From: an uncultured Chitinophagaceae bacterium
GTDB lineage: Bacteria > Bacteroidota > Bacteroidia > Chitinophagales > Chitinophagaceae
Assembly: GCA_963779595.1 (NCBI GenBank)
Contig: CAVZYY010000005.1
Coordinates: 636,640-700,639, forward strand
DNA: 64,000 nt
Direction: 5' to 3'
The position numbers and the translations under genes were made by a program. The notes beneath the pieces were generated by a model. The model did no database searches and was not told the DNA's origin. It saw only the letters and a program-made list of their open reading frames with translations. Below, piece after piece: positions 1 through 9,398 of this stretch. Within the stretch, counting starts at the first letter, position 1. Each line of letters starts with the position of its first letter.

Positions 1-461
1 TCCGGGATTGCGCTAAGCGGGAACCTGTAAATTTTCAGGTTTGTTCTTGCACCGTTTGAATTATTGCCAAAGTCGCCAATATAAAAATAAAATCCGTCGA
101 AGGCGATATCCTCCCAGTCTATATTGCTTGCGCCTTGCAGGGAAACTTTTTGCAGGATCACATTGCTTATGGTATCTATCCGGTAAATGGCCGGTTCGCC
201 ACCGCTATCATTAAAGGTCCATAAAGCATTTCCCGCCCATTGCAGGCCACTGGTCTCTACCAGGATACTGTTGATAGGGTCTACTTTTACCGGCGGAGTA
301 TAAGATGTAACGTTATAAGTGCAGCCGCCATCGTTTACTGTGGCCAGCGGGTCAAAATTATTTGCCATTGGGTCTGTGCAGCCTGGCTGGCCATAGATCT
401 GGCCACCGGAAAACAACACTAACAGTATGGTAAAGACGCTTTTTAGTTTAAAAAAGTTCAT
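1..461 (-). CDS. Secreted protein, N-terminal part (runs off window); probable T9SS-type surface protein
   Basis: Not in the ORF track; hand translation from ATG 461: MNFFKLKSVFTILLVLFSGGQIYGQPGCTDPMANNFDPLATVNDGGCTY...ETSGL...LWTFNDSGG...DWEDIA...YIGDFGNN. Signal peptide, GCTDP-A-N repeat, propeller-like motifs. Confidence 0.75.
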   Translation of the reverse strand, partial: MNFFKLKSVFTILLVLFSGGQIYGQPGCTDPMANNFDPLATVNDGGCTYNVTSYTPPVKVDPINSILVETSGLQWAGNALWTFNDSGGEPAIYRIDTISNVILQKVSLQGASNIDWEDIAFDGFYFYIGDFGNNSNGARTNLKIYRFPLSAIP

Positions 462-684
462 TGTTCGCCGGTTATTATAAAGCAGTTAAGGCTGGTCAGG
501 TATGCTTTCCTGCTTGCGTGAATTGGTAATGGTAATAGGGGGCTGATCGTTGCGAAGGATAGGTGGCCATGTCATAAAGCGTTCGTAAATGTAGCTTAAA
601 TTTATTTTAATTGCAAGCCTTCCCGCAGTTACAAAAAAAAGATAGCAGGCATACGTTTTGATGTGATAACTCAAAATAAACATC

Positions 685-1290
685 ATGAGAAAGCTGATAC
701 TATCAATGCATCTGTCACTGGATGGTTTTGTAGAAGGACCCAACAAGGATATGAGCTGGATGCAGACCGATGACAAGGAAGACTGGGATAACCTGTTTAT
801 GATCATAAAAAATGTGGACCTGTTCTTACTGGGCCGCGGTATGTGGAAAGGGTACCGGGATTACTGGACAAAGGCGCTTACCGAACCCGGCTTTTCTGAG
901 AATGAAGTAAGGTATGCGAAGCTGGCTGCAAAAACGCCCCATATTATTTTTTCCAATTCATTGAAGCAAACCGGCTGGACCAATGCGACTATTACCGGTG
1001 GAGATCTCAAAAAGGCTATAGCCAAATTAAAGAAGCAACCAGGTAAGGATATACAGGTATGGGGCGGCGCAAGATTTGCAGCCTCCCTCATCGATTCAGG
1101 ACTGATCGATGAATACCGGATGCTGATCGAACCTGTCATTCTTGCAAAAGGCAAATCCATTTTCAGTAAACTTATGAACAGGCATGCGCTTGAACTGGAG
1201 GAATTGAAGAAACTGAAGAGCGGGGTTATTGTTGCCCGGTATACACAACTGGATACCCGCGATACGGAGAAGGTTAAGCGAAGAATGTAG
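685..1290 (+). CDS. Dihydrofolate reductase family / RibD C-terminal domain protein
   Basis: MRKLILSMHLSLDGFVEGP, LLGRGM, DIQVWGGARFAASL, LIDEYRMLIEPVILAKGK. Confidence 0.9.
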   Translation: MRKLILSMHLSLDGFVEGPNKDMSWMQTDDKEDWDNLFMIIKNVDLFLLGRGMWKGYRDYWTKALTEPGFSENEVRYAKLAAKTPHIIFSNSLKQTGWTNATITGGDLKKAIAKLKKQPGKDIQVWGGARFAASLIDSGLIDEYRMLIEPVILAKGKSIFSKLMNRHALELEELKKLKSGVIVARYTQLDTRDTEKVKRRM

Positions 1291-1317
1291 GGAATATTAA
1301 AAGCTGCGTTGAAATTC

Positions 1318-1415
1318 CTGCCTCGGCCTGGTGTTTTCACCAGCCGGTAAAATTCATGATTTCAAACTACAATTGTTGTAATGATGCGGCTGGTGAAAAC
1401 ACCAGGCCGCGGCAG
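1318..1415. repeat. REPIN-like pair of palindromic REP units in inverted orientation
   Basis: ctgcctcggcctggtgttttcaccagccg (1318-1346) vs cggctggtgaaaacaccaggccgcggcag (1387-1415): 29-bp inverted repeat, 1 mismatch; each arm is itself a hairpin; between convergent genes. Confidence 0.8.
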
Positions 1416-1417
1416 CA

Positions 1418-2041
1418 TTAAATTATAGCAGAGTCATCAATTTGCGGTAAATATCCCGCACGAAAGGCATTTACAATTGATCGTGGAGTGAGCACCATTA
1501 TCTTTTCTACGTTCGGCAAAGGAATACCTTTTTGATAACCAAACGGGGTCCATAAAAAGATCTGTCTTTCAAAAACAAGATAGGGTTCGTTATTCAGCAA
1601 AATAAAAATTCCGTTAGGGATATTATTAATATTTTCTTCAAAGTTGGGTTTTGAGTGATCCTTATTTATTCTTTCTTCATGGATAATATTATCTATTTCG
1701 CGGATAGATGTTTTTTTATCAAAATGGTATTGGAGGTTGCCTGCCAGCCATGCCGATTTGAATTTATTAAAATCCTCCCTGCGGCATTCGCAACATGGCC
1801 GGTGGCCGGCTGCAAAAGCGGTGGCTTCATCCAGGAAAAAAAGTTCTGTATATAGCCCCGGGGACATAACGGTTCTTTTTCTTCCTTTAAATTCCAGCCT
1901 GCAGGTGATCCACGCTTTTAATCTGAAAGGACGAATGATCTCCTGTTGATCATTATGAATAAGTCCCTTGGTGCCTGTCCAGGAACCCCTCGCCTCCGTT
2001 CTTATTAAATTTCCCAATGGATCAACGCGGTTTTGCAGCAT
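1418..2041 (-). CDS. Conserved hypothetical protein with Ada-like Cys motif
   Basis: 207-aa ORF; WITCRLEF and EATAFAAGHRPCCECRR resemble the Ada Zn-binding motif (AGFRPCKRC). Confidence 0.7.
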   Translation of the reverse strand: MLQNRVDPLGNLIRTEARGSWTGTKGLIHNDQQEIIRPFRLKAWITCRLEFKGRKRTVMSPGLYTELFFLDEATAFAAGHRPCCECRREDFNKFKSAWLAGNLQYHFDKKTSIREIDNIIHEERINKDHSKPNFEENINNIPNGIFILLNNEPYLVFERQIFLWTPFGYQKGIPLPNVEKIMVLTPRSIVNAFRAGYLPQIDDSAII

Positions 2042-2177
2042 GTTATAGTATAAGGCAGGGAAGTTAATAAATTTTCAAATCCTGACTTGCAAACTTAGAT
2101 AGCCGGGCATAAATTGAAGTTCAGGAAATGTTTATATTTAAATTGTTGTTGGAAATTTAATTTCAACAACCTGCAAT

Positions 2178-2777
2178 ATGAAAGGGCTGGTCATTTTAAT
2201 TTTACTGGTATCCCTTTTTCCTCATAAAGAAAGGAATGCTTACATTATATCAGGATCTGTTCAACAACAGGACAGTTCAAGCTGGATACAGGAGTTTAGA
2301 AATTTCAGAGCAGCTGTTTATGAGCAGGACAAAAATAAAGTGAAACTGTTTATTGATTTCCCGATTATGAATGAGAATAATGAGATCTGGTACCTGGTGT
2401 ATGGAGAAAACGAGAAAGCGCTTAAACTACTTTCAGACAAACCAAAGCCATTTACAGAAAAAGATTTTGATAAGTATTTCGACAAAATATTTACAAAGCA
2501 TTTTGTAAAAACTATTCTTAAACTAAAAACCGAAGAGCTTTTTAAAAAAGGGGAAACAGAAACTATAGAACTAAATGATGGAAAAGCTACCAGTTATAAA
2601 ATGTATGCTATATATGACAAAGCAAATAAAACATTAAGTTTAAATTTAGCATCGAATACAGTACAGAAGGATACAAGCGGCGAAATCCTGGATGGAGGGG
2701 AATTTAATGTTATATATTATTTCAATATTCCTCAAACAGGAAAAATAAAATTTTACCAGGTCAGGATCGCAGGCTAA
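2178..2777 (+). CDS. Hypothetical exported protein
   Basis: 199 aa, hydrophobic N-terminus MKGLVILILLVSLF, AT-rich. Confidence 0.7.
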   Translation: MKGLVILILLVSLFPHKERNAYIISGSVQQQDSSSWIQEFRNFRAAVYEQDKNKVKLFIDFPIMNENNEIWYLVYGENEKALKLLSDKPKPFTEKDFDKYFDKIFTKHFVKTILKLKTEELFKKGETETIELNDGKATSYKMYAIYDKANKTLSLNLASNTVQKDTSGEILDGGEFNVIYYFNIPQTGKIKFYQVRIAG

Positions 2778-2786
2778 ATCCCCGGG

Positions 2787-3173
2787 TTATCTCTCTCTGA
2801 AAACAACATCCTTCATACCCTTGCACATCGTTTTTATAGAATGATATGCCTGTTCTGAAGTTTCGTCTTTATTCATTTTGATTACGATATGGCCCGGTTT
2901 TTTTTTCAAATAAAACTTTGACCCGTCATCAAGGGTAAGTACTACGTCCATTTTTTTATTAAAGAAGGAGACATTTGTTTCCCGGCCGATCTTTTCATTC
3001 ATATAGCGTTCTGCTTTCTTTGTTTTGCTTTTACTGAACCAGGCATTCATTGAATAAGCATTATCATTATCTGTATATTGGATACTTGTATGTGAATCAC
3101 TATGCCGGCAGGCACAAAGAAAGATGCACTGAAGTGCACAGAATAACAGGATCAGTTTTTTCATGACAATCAT
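2787..3173 (-). CDS. Hypothetical lipoprotein
   Basis: MKKLILLFCALQCIFLCAC lipobox-like signal; likely start at second Met. Confidence 0.7.
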   Translation of the reverse strand: MIVMKKLILLFCALQCIFLCACRHSDSHTSIQYTDNDNAYSMNAWFSKSKTKKAERYMNEKIGRETNVSFFNKKMDVVLTLDDGSKFYLKKKPGHIVIKMNKDETSEQAYHSIKTMCKGMKDVVFRER

Positions 3174-3334
3174 TTAAAGATGAATAAATATATACCCGGC
3201 TGTGCCAGGCCAATCGTTTCAAAAAAGTTGAGGCTGGTAGTGATACCTGTTGAAGTGATACAAATCTAAGGAAGAATCAGGTTTTTATTTTTTTATTGTA
3301 TAAATGGTTTGAGTGCTTTACAAGTGGGTTGTTC

Positions 3335-3630
3335 AAGTCTGCCAGTCTGCGACTGGCTTATTCTTTCTATTCTTTTTTGCTTGTCTCCCGAAGGATCGGG
3401 ATGTATCACAAAAAAGAACTCCCCGAAGAATCGGGATGTTCCACAAAAGAAGACCCCGCCAATCGATGACGGCCCGATTGGCGGTTTCAGCTATGTGGAT
3501 CAGTTGTGCAAAGTGATCTCAGCAGCTGGAATTCTACTCTTTTTTTCTCAGCAACGTCTCCGGTACGGGACGTTGCGTGATTTATTTCAGGTAACCCAAC
3601 GTCCTCTCCGAGAGACGTTGCTAAGAAGTA
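3335..3630 (+). repeat. Modular intergenic repeat block 1 (end of module A, module B with two micro-insertions, module C)
   Basis: ccagtctgcgactgg hairpin; ttcttttttgcttgtc..caaaaaagaac; ccgccaatcg..cgattggcgg; gcaacgtctccggtacgggacgttgc..gagagacgttgctaagaag; all recur further along the window. Confidence 0.9.
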
Positions 3631-3665
3631 AAAACCCCATCCGGAAACCGGGTGGGGTTTGTTTT
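3630..3665. terminator. Intrinsic terminator (probably for the 3703..6366 gene; possibly bidirectional)
   Basis: aaaaaccccatccgg-aaa-ccgggtggggtttgtttt hairpin flanked by A and T runs. Confidence 0.7.
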
Positions 3666-3702
3666 ATTTGCAAGGTTAAATTCAGTGCTGTCTAAACCTG
3701 CG

Positions 3703-6366
3703 CTAGAATTTAACTGCTTTAATTGTTTTCACATGATCTGCCTGTCTTAATTCTATTATATAAGTTCCGGTTTTTAAGTCCGCACCAAAACTTCTTGTTT
3801 CATGGGGCATCACGATAAATTGTTTGTGCACACGCCCGGATACATCAAGAACCCTTACAGTGATCTTCTCTAATCCTGCCGTTACAACTTTTAATTTAAA
3901 GTCGCTCACTGTTGGATTCGGGAACACATTCACTGACATTCCTTCTGCTGCCGGAGATCCGCCTTTGCTAAATGCGGGGCGTGGTTCTTCCGGTGGACAG
4001 GCTGCCAGTTTCACTACAAGGGTCCGGATCGCACTTTGGCTGCAATTGTTGAATGACCGTGCTGTTATATTGCCGCTTACTGCTGTTGCAGAATAGGATA
4101 GCGTAAGGCTGTTGGTACCCTGTCCACTAATATATACAGCCGCTGCCGGCCAGGTCCACTGAACAGATGTTGCATTAGCCGGCTGGTTCACTGTATAAGA
4201 ATATATTCTGCCTTCGGAACAGAGCGGCGGAGGTATCACATCGATCACACCAGGTGTGGCTGTATTCTGTTTGGCCACAGAGAATGATCTTGCAGGGCTC
4301 GTGCCGCAACCATTGGTATAGGTCACCGTTATGGTGCCGCTTGTAAAGTTGGATGGATATATGAATGAGACCGCATTGGAACCTAGCCCCGTGATCGCTG
4401 AAGCTCCCGGAGGTAGCACCCAGGTATAATTCGTTGCACCGGCAACTGCCCCGATCGAATAATTTGCAGGAGCGCCATTGGGCGACATATAAGCGCAGGC
4501 ATTGTTCGGACCACTGATCAATCCGGGTATTGAAGGATTCGTACGTTGGATTGCCAGGCTTCTCGTTCCACCTGCGCCACAACTACCACTGTTTGCAGAT
4601 ACGGCGATACTGCCACCGGCAAATGAACCGGAGAAGCTAAGCGTTACCGTTGTATCGTTCGGATTGTTCTGCCCGTTTGGATGGCTGACCACTGTGCCGG
4701 CGGGGTTTGTCCAGTTATAAGAAGAAGCTCCCTGTACCGATGGAATGGTATAACTGATCGTTGCTGCTGTGTTGATAACTGCACACACGTTATTGCTGCC
4801 GGCAACAATTGGTTTCGGAGTCATAGGCGCCAGCGCTGCGAGGTAATAGATAAATTGCGGGCTATTGCCACATGGCGACAGGGCCGTTACCCTGACCTGT
4901 TTGTTCCCCTGCGCTGCAAAGCCGTTTTGAAATGTAAGTACCAGGTTCGCTGTACCCGTGCCTGAAACCACCGTAACATTCGGGGGAAGGATCCAGTTAA
5001 ATCCTGTTGCGTTGGCTGATGTTGCTGTGTAAGTAACGGGGTTTTCTGTACCAACATAGGCACAGACATTTACGGGACCACTAACCGACACCGTAAGTGG
5101 AGAATTAACGGCAAATGTTGCGCTAATGTTATGATCTGATGTTACCCCGCTGAATGTATAAGAACTAACGGCACCTGCCGAATTCCCGTCTATCAATACA
5201 TCTGCTATATGATAACATGCAACTGCTGTAATGCTGTATGACTGGCTTCCGCCTCCGCATACAACGGTGTTACCAACTGATGAAATAGTACCGCCGGTTC
5301 CTGCAGAAGCTGTGATCGTAAAGTCAGGACTTACTGTTATTACATGCTCTACAGACCCGGAACCACAACTATTCGTTACCGTGAAAGTGATCGTAGTTTG
5401 TCCTGCCGACACTGCAGTCACAAGGCCTGTGCCGTTCACAGTAGCCACAGAAGGATCACTGCTTGACCAGGTTGGTGCGATGAATGAACGGACTGCGCGG
5501 GTGGAGATGAGATTGATCTGATTCTTATCCCCCGAGAATATTCCGCCTCCGATCATCCTGTATACATATGCCTGTGTGCTGCTTATTTCGCTCGAAGACC
5601 AGCAGTAAGTAGGGTAAAATACGGTTTGATTGTTTAAATATATAGCCTGCAAATCATTTATGGTTGGCAGGTACCAATCAGTATAACCTCCTTCATTTAA
5701 ATTCCTGCACAATGATGCTGCATAGCTTCCCGCGCCCTGTACACTTATAATATTGTTTGTATTTGCCAGGCCGCTGCCTAATGCAGTAGTTGTTCCAACT
5801 CCTATGTTGGTACCGTTATTCCATTGGATGAAGTTACTTTGGTCATTGGGTGCCACGATCAATCCTTTTTTCTGGTTTGCATCATATCCCGGATCACCCG
5901 GTTGAAGAATGTAGCCAATGATACCTCCGCCATAGTTTTGCCCGATTGCAAGATTTGTAACCGATCCGCCGGTTGGGTTAGTCAATTGAATAGCTGTTCC
6001 CGTGCATATTGTTGAGGGGCCAACGATTGAACCTGCACAACCGGGTTGTGCTATCGTCCCTGCTGGTATTATACCGAGCATAAATATGGCGAAAACTGTA
6101 ACTGTAAACTGCCTTTTGAGCAATCTGACTGCTTTTTTTATTGCAGGAAAGTAATGGCCCGGAGCCATACTGGTACAAACAGGTTCGTTGGTTTGTTGTT
6201 CAGACTTATTGTTGATTGTTGCCGGCTGGCATGTTGCAGCGGCCCGGTTTCCCATTTGGGGAAGGGTACAAATTTCCATTTGCAATAGTTGGTTAAGGTT
6301 TAAGTTTGGTGAAGGTTTCCTAAACAAAAAAGATATCCTGTTACCACTTTTAAGAAGGGGTAACAT
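3703..6366 (-). CDS. T9SS type A sorted surface protein with DUF1566 (Lcl/C-type lectin fold), Big_2 Ig-like and PKD-like repeats
   Basis: C-terminal VFPNPT...VLDVSGR...LKTGTYIIEL CTD; GGYTDWYLPTINDL...CWSSSE...TRAVRSF; WSSSDPSVATVNGTGLVTAVSAG; repeated GPxNxC..Y..GATxYxWxxP; true start uncertain. Confidence 0.85.
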   Translation of the reverse strand: MLPLLKSGNRISFLFRKPSPNLNLNQLLQMEICTLPQMGNRAAATCQPATINNKSEQQTNEPVCTSMAPGHYFPAIKKAVRLLKRQFTVTVFAIFMLGIIPAGTIAQPGCAGSIVGPSTICTGTAIQLTNPTGGSVTNLAIGQNYGGGIIGYILQPGDPGYDANQKKGLIVAPNDQSNFIQWNNGTNIGVGTTTALGSGLANTNNIISVQGAGSYAASLCRNLNEGGYTDWYLPTINDLQAIYLNNQTVFYPTYCWSSSEISSTQAYVYRMIGGGIFSGDKNQINLISTRAVRSFIAPTWSSSDPSVATVNGTGLVTAVSAGQTTITFTVTNSCGSGSVEHVITVSPDFTITASAGTGGTISSVGNTVVCGGGSQSYSITAVACYHIADVLIDGNSAGAVSSYTFSGVTSDHNISATFAVNSPLTVSVSGPVNVCAYVGTENPVTYTATSANATGFNWILPPNVTVVSGTGTANLVLTFQNGFAAQGNKQVRVTALSPCGNSPQFIYYLAALAPMTPKPIVAGSNNVCAVINTAATISYTIPSVQGASSYNWTNPAGTVVSHPNGQNNPNDTTVTLSFSGSFAGGSIAVSANSGSCGAGGTRSLAIQRTNPSIPGLISGPNNACAYMSPNGAPANYSIGAVAGATNYTWVLPPGASAITGLGSNAVSFIYPSNFTSGTITVTYTNGCGTSPARSFSVAKQNTATPGVIDVIPPPLCSEGRIYSYTVNQPANATSVQWTWPAAAVYISGQGTNSLTLSYSATAVSGNITARSFNNCSQSAIRTLVVKLAACPPEEPRPAFSKGGSPAAEGMSVNVFPNPTVSDFKLKVVTAGLEKITVRVLDVSGRVHKQFIVMPHETRSFGADLKTGTYIIELRQADHVKTIKAVKF

Positions 6367-6508
6367 AATGGTAGCTATTTCTGTTTAAAGGAGTTTAACT
6401 TTTGTAGGAATAATGAAAATAAAGATAGTCATGTAATATAAACTATTCTTTTTATACGACTCGCCTAATCTTTTATATTCCACCTGGCTTCTGGCTGCTT
6501 AGTATCTG

Positions 6509-6910
6509 ACTGGCGCAAGTGTTCCCGGCTAAACTGAAAATTATATTTTATAATGTTGATGGGATCACTTGATGCCTTCTTAAGTCTGCGAGTCTGCGAC
6601 TGGTTTATTATTTACGTTCTTTTTTGCTTGTCTCACGAAGGATCGGGATGTATCACAAAAAAGAACTCCCGAAGAATCGGGATGTACCACAAAAAAAGAC
6701 CCCGCCAATCGATTACATCCCGATTGGCGGTTGCAGCTATGTGGAGCAGTTGTGCAAAGTGATCTCGACAGCTGGAATTCTACTCTTAGATTTGGGTAGT
6801 TCACTAATTCCCGAAATGCATTCGGTTTAGTCTGCGTGACTTTTTAACAGGAATGAATCTGTGTAAATCCGTCTAATCCGCGTCATCCGCGTTTCTATCA
6901 TCCGCGTTCA
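6509..6910 (+). repeat. Modular intergenic repeat block 2 (A, B with two micro-insertions, D)
   Basis: ggcgcaagtgttcccgg...gggatcacttgatgcc; B module; aatctgtgtaaatccgtctaatccgcgtcatccgcgtttctat. Confidence 0.9.
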
Positions 6911-7308
6911 ATCTTTTTATGTCTTTGCCGGTCCCTGATATTCAACCAAACGCTAAAAATAAAACAGACCGCAAAAATGATCAATGTCAGTTTTTCAACC
7001 AGCACCGGATCAAAATCGATGCCCGTTAGTTTTAGAAACAGGAAATGTATATACGAATCCGAACGATCATGAATTCCCATTTGTTCTCTTACCTGCCAAT
7101 GCCAATCGGTACATAAGCAATACCCCCAGCCATACCATATACCGAGAATAAACCAGGAGCCCGCCGTAAGCAGCATTGTTATCAAATGCCATTTTCTTGT
7201 CTTACGAAAAGCCCAGCCCGTCATATTGAACAGGGTGAATGCCGTGTGGAAGACAAGGAAAAAAATGTTGAGGAAGGGGAGCCACATACGATTTGGATTG
7301 AGGAACAA
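6898..7308 (-). CDS. DUF2784-like membrane protein
   Basis: FFLVFHTAFTLFN...SWFILGIWYGWGYCLCTDWHWQVR...SYIHFL; three hydrophobic helices. Confidence 0.75.
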   Translation of the reverse strand: MFLNPNRMWLPFLNIFFLVFHTAFTLFNMTGWAFRKTRKWHLITMLLTAGSWFILGIWYGWGYCLCTDWHWQVREQMGIHDRSDSYIHFLFLKLTGIDFDPVLVEKLTLIIFAVCFIFSVWLNIRDRQRHKKIERG

Positions 7309-7334
7309 AGGTAGGTGCCAGTTTGCGCCTGGTC

Positions 7335-7755
7335 TATTATTTACGTTCTTTTTTGCTTGTCCAAAAAAGAACCAAAAAAAGACCCCGCCAATCGATTACA
7401 TCCCGATTGGCGGTTGCGGCTATGTGGAACAGTTGTGCAAAGTGATTTCGACAGCTGAAATTCTACTCTTAGATTTGAACAGTTCAAGGATTCCTGAAAT
7501 GCCTTCGGTTTGACAGCATGTTTTTATGACCCGAAAAAAATCAGTGTAAATCCGTCCAATCCGCGTCATCCGCGTTTCTATTCCCCGGGTTTTCTGATTT
7601 TTTTTATCACCAACGTCTCCGGTACGGGACGTTGCGTAATTTATTTCAAGCAACGCAACGTCCTCTCCGGGAGACATTGCTAAGAAGCAGGAAATGAATC
7701 CGTGTAAATCCGTCTAATCCGCGTCATCCGCGTTTCTATCATCCGCGTTTCTATT
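7335..7755 (+). repeat. Modular intergenic repeat block 3 (empty B, D, C, D)
   Basis: gttcttttttgcttgtccaaaaaagaaccaaaaaaagaccccgccaatcg (no insertions); atccgcgt arrays at ~7540 and ~7700; module C at ~7610-7688. Confidence 0.9.
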
Positions 7756-7766
7756 CCGGGGCTAAA

Positions 7767-8477
7767 TTAACTGCTGTGTTTTATTTTCATAATTGTCCTC
7801 CCCGATCTTATTATATCCATTAATCCAATATCTTTTTTTGCATCTTTTTCCATTTTCTTTTCTGCAATTTTTATAATTTCTTTATTTGCAGTTAAATAAT
7901 TCCCGGAATTATAAATCGGATGTGGGTCATATTCAATTCTGAGTTGAATTACTTTGGCTGCTGTCTCACCTGCGATCTTGTCGGCGAGGTATAAAGCCAT
8001 ATCAATACCGGAAGAAACCCCCGCTGATGTAATATATTTCCCCTGTTCAACAATTCTTTCCCGTTTGGGTATGGCCCCATGATCTTTTAAAAGCTCGATA
8101 GGTTTCCAATGAGAAGTTGCTTCGAGGCCATTTAATAATCCGGTTGCCGCTAAGATCAATGAACCCGTGCATACAGAAGTGGTCCATTGCGTGCTATTAT
8201 CCATTTCCTTTATCCAGTTCAGGATCTTTTTATTTTTCATTTGTCTTATAAATGCAATGTTGGAACCTGGGATCAATAATACATCCGCCTCTTTTATTTC
8301 GCTTATTTCATATTTTGCATTGATCGTTATAAAATCTGAATCTGCCCTGATCTCCCCTTTTTTTTCAGCAACAAAAAAAACTTCCGCGCCATCAATATTT
8401 TTTAATACCTCATAAGGGCCAATGGCATCAAGCATTGTTATCCCGTTGTATATATAAATGACTATTTTCATTTTCAC
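7767..8477 (-). CDS. DJ-1/PfpI family protein
   Basis: LDAIGPYEVL, DVLLIPGS, SVCTGSLILA (catalytic Cys), ATSHW, TSAGVSSGIDMAL, IEYDPHP. Confidence 0.92.
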   Translation of the reverse strand: MKMKIVIYIYNGITMLDAIGPYEVLKNIDGAEVFFVAEKKGEIRADSDFITINAKYEISEIKEADVLLIPGSNIAFIRQMKNKKILNWIKEMDNSTQWTTSVCTGSLILAATGLLNGLEATSHWKPIELLKDHGAIPKRERIVEQGKYITSAGVSSGIDMALYLADKIAGETAAKVIQLRIEYDPHPIYNSGNYLTANKEIIKIAEKKMEKDAKKDIGLMDIIRSGRTIMKIKHSS

Positions 8478-8510
8478 TATTATATTTTTTAAATAAGGTT
8501 ATCCGTTTTC

Positions 8511-8840
8511 CTATCCCTTATTCTTGGTGGCCCGTTTCCGTGCGGGTTTACCTGGCTTATTATCCGGTGTTGTTTTGTTCAGCACCGGTGATGAATCAGG
8601 TGTAGACTTTGCCTGTGGTTTAGCTTTTGAAGCATTTTTTCCTTTCAGGCTGATGACCGTTCCTGTTGTGGGATTGGTATTGCTGTTCGGCATGCTGGCA
8701 GGCTGTGTGGTGACCGTTGTACGAATGGCAGGGCTGATCCTGACAGCAGGATTACTGTTTGCCGGCTTAACGTCTTTGGTAGTTTGAGCATGTAAAACAG
8801 TTGAGCAAAGCAGTAGTGAAATGGCAATAATATGCTTCAT
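8511..8840 (-). CDS. Hypothetical secreted low-complexity protein
   Basis: Signal peptide MKHIIAISLLLCSTVLHA-Q; P/T/K-rich. Confidence 0.65.
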   Translation of the reverse strand: MKHIIAISLLLCSTVLHAQTTKDVKPANSNPAVRISPAIRTTVTTQPASMPNSNTNPTTGTVISLKGKNASKAKPQAKSTPDSSPVLNKTTPDNKPGKPARKRATKNKG

Positions 8841-8940
8841 AAAAAAGTTTTAGGGGATATGAAAATATGTTACAAACCATATGCCCGTTTGCAGGCTGCT
8901 GCTGAAACAGCCAGCCTGTTTAGTGTACTTCTTTTCTCCC

Positions 8941-9333
8941 AACTGGCGCAAGTGTTCCCGGTTATGTTCTAATTTTTTTAATCGATGTTGATGGGGTCAC
9001 TTGATGCCTTTTAAGCCTGCCAGTCTGAGACTGGCTTAGCTATTTTAATTACTTTTTTGCTTGCCTCCCGAAGGATCGGGATGTACCACAAAAAAGTAAC
9101 AAAAAAGGGATTACACCCCGACCTGCCTGCCCTGCTCCGCTGAAGCTATGCGAAGGCGGGCAGGCAGGTTAGGGGAAGCAGCTATGTGGTACAGTTGTGC
9201 AAAGTAGTCTCGACAGCTGGAATTCTACTCTTAGATTTGAGAAGTTCACCAATTCCCGGAAAGCATTTCGATTGAATCCGTGTAAATCCGTCTAATCCGC
9301 GTCATCCGCGTTTCTATCATCCGCGTTTCTATC
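8941..9333 (+). repeat. Modular intergenic repeat block 4 (A, variant B with nested insertions, D)
   Basis: ttacttttttg..caaaaaagtaa stem variant; 23-nt insert 9066-9088; cctgcctgcc..ggcaggcagg insert 9122-9168. Confidence 0.9.
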
Positions 9334-9398
9334 CCTCGCGCCGGCGAAAAAAAGATTATATTAGATGAGCATTCATTCGAATTTTTTAACAGCGAGCC

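Noticed and set aside
3703-6366. Complete diversity-generating retroelement
   Set aside because: No reverse transcriptase, Avd or template repeat is visible in the window.
6775-6792. gaattctactcttagat in module B (also ~7458, ~9220) resembles the Cas12a repeat AATTTCTACTCTTGTAGAT
   Set aside because: Lacks the GT needed for the TCTAC/GTAGA stem, copies are hundreds to thousands of bases apart with conserved flanks instead of unique spacers, and there are no cas genes.
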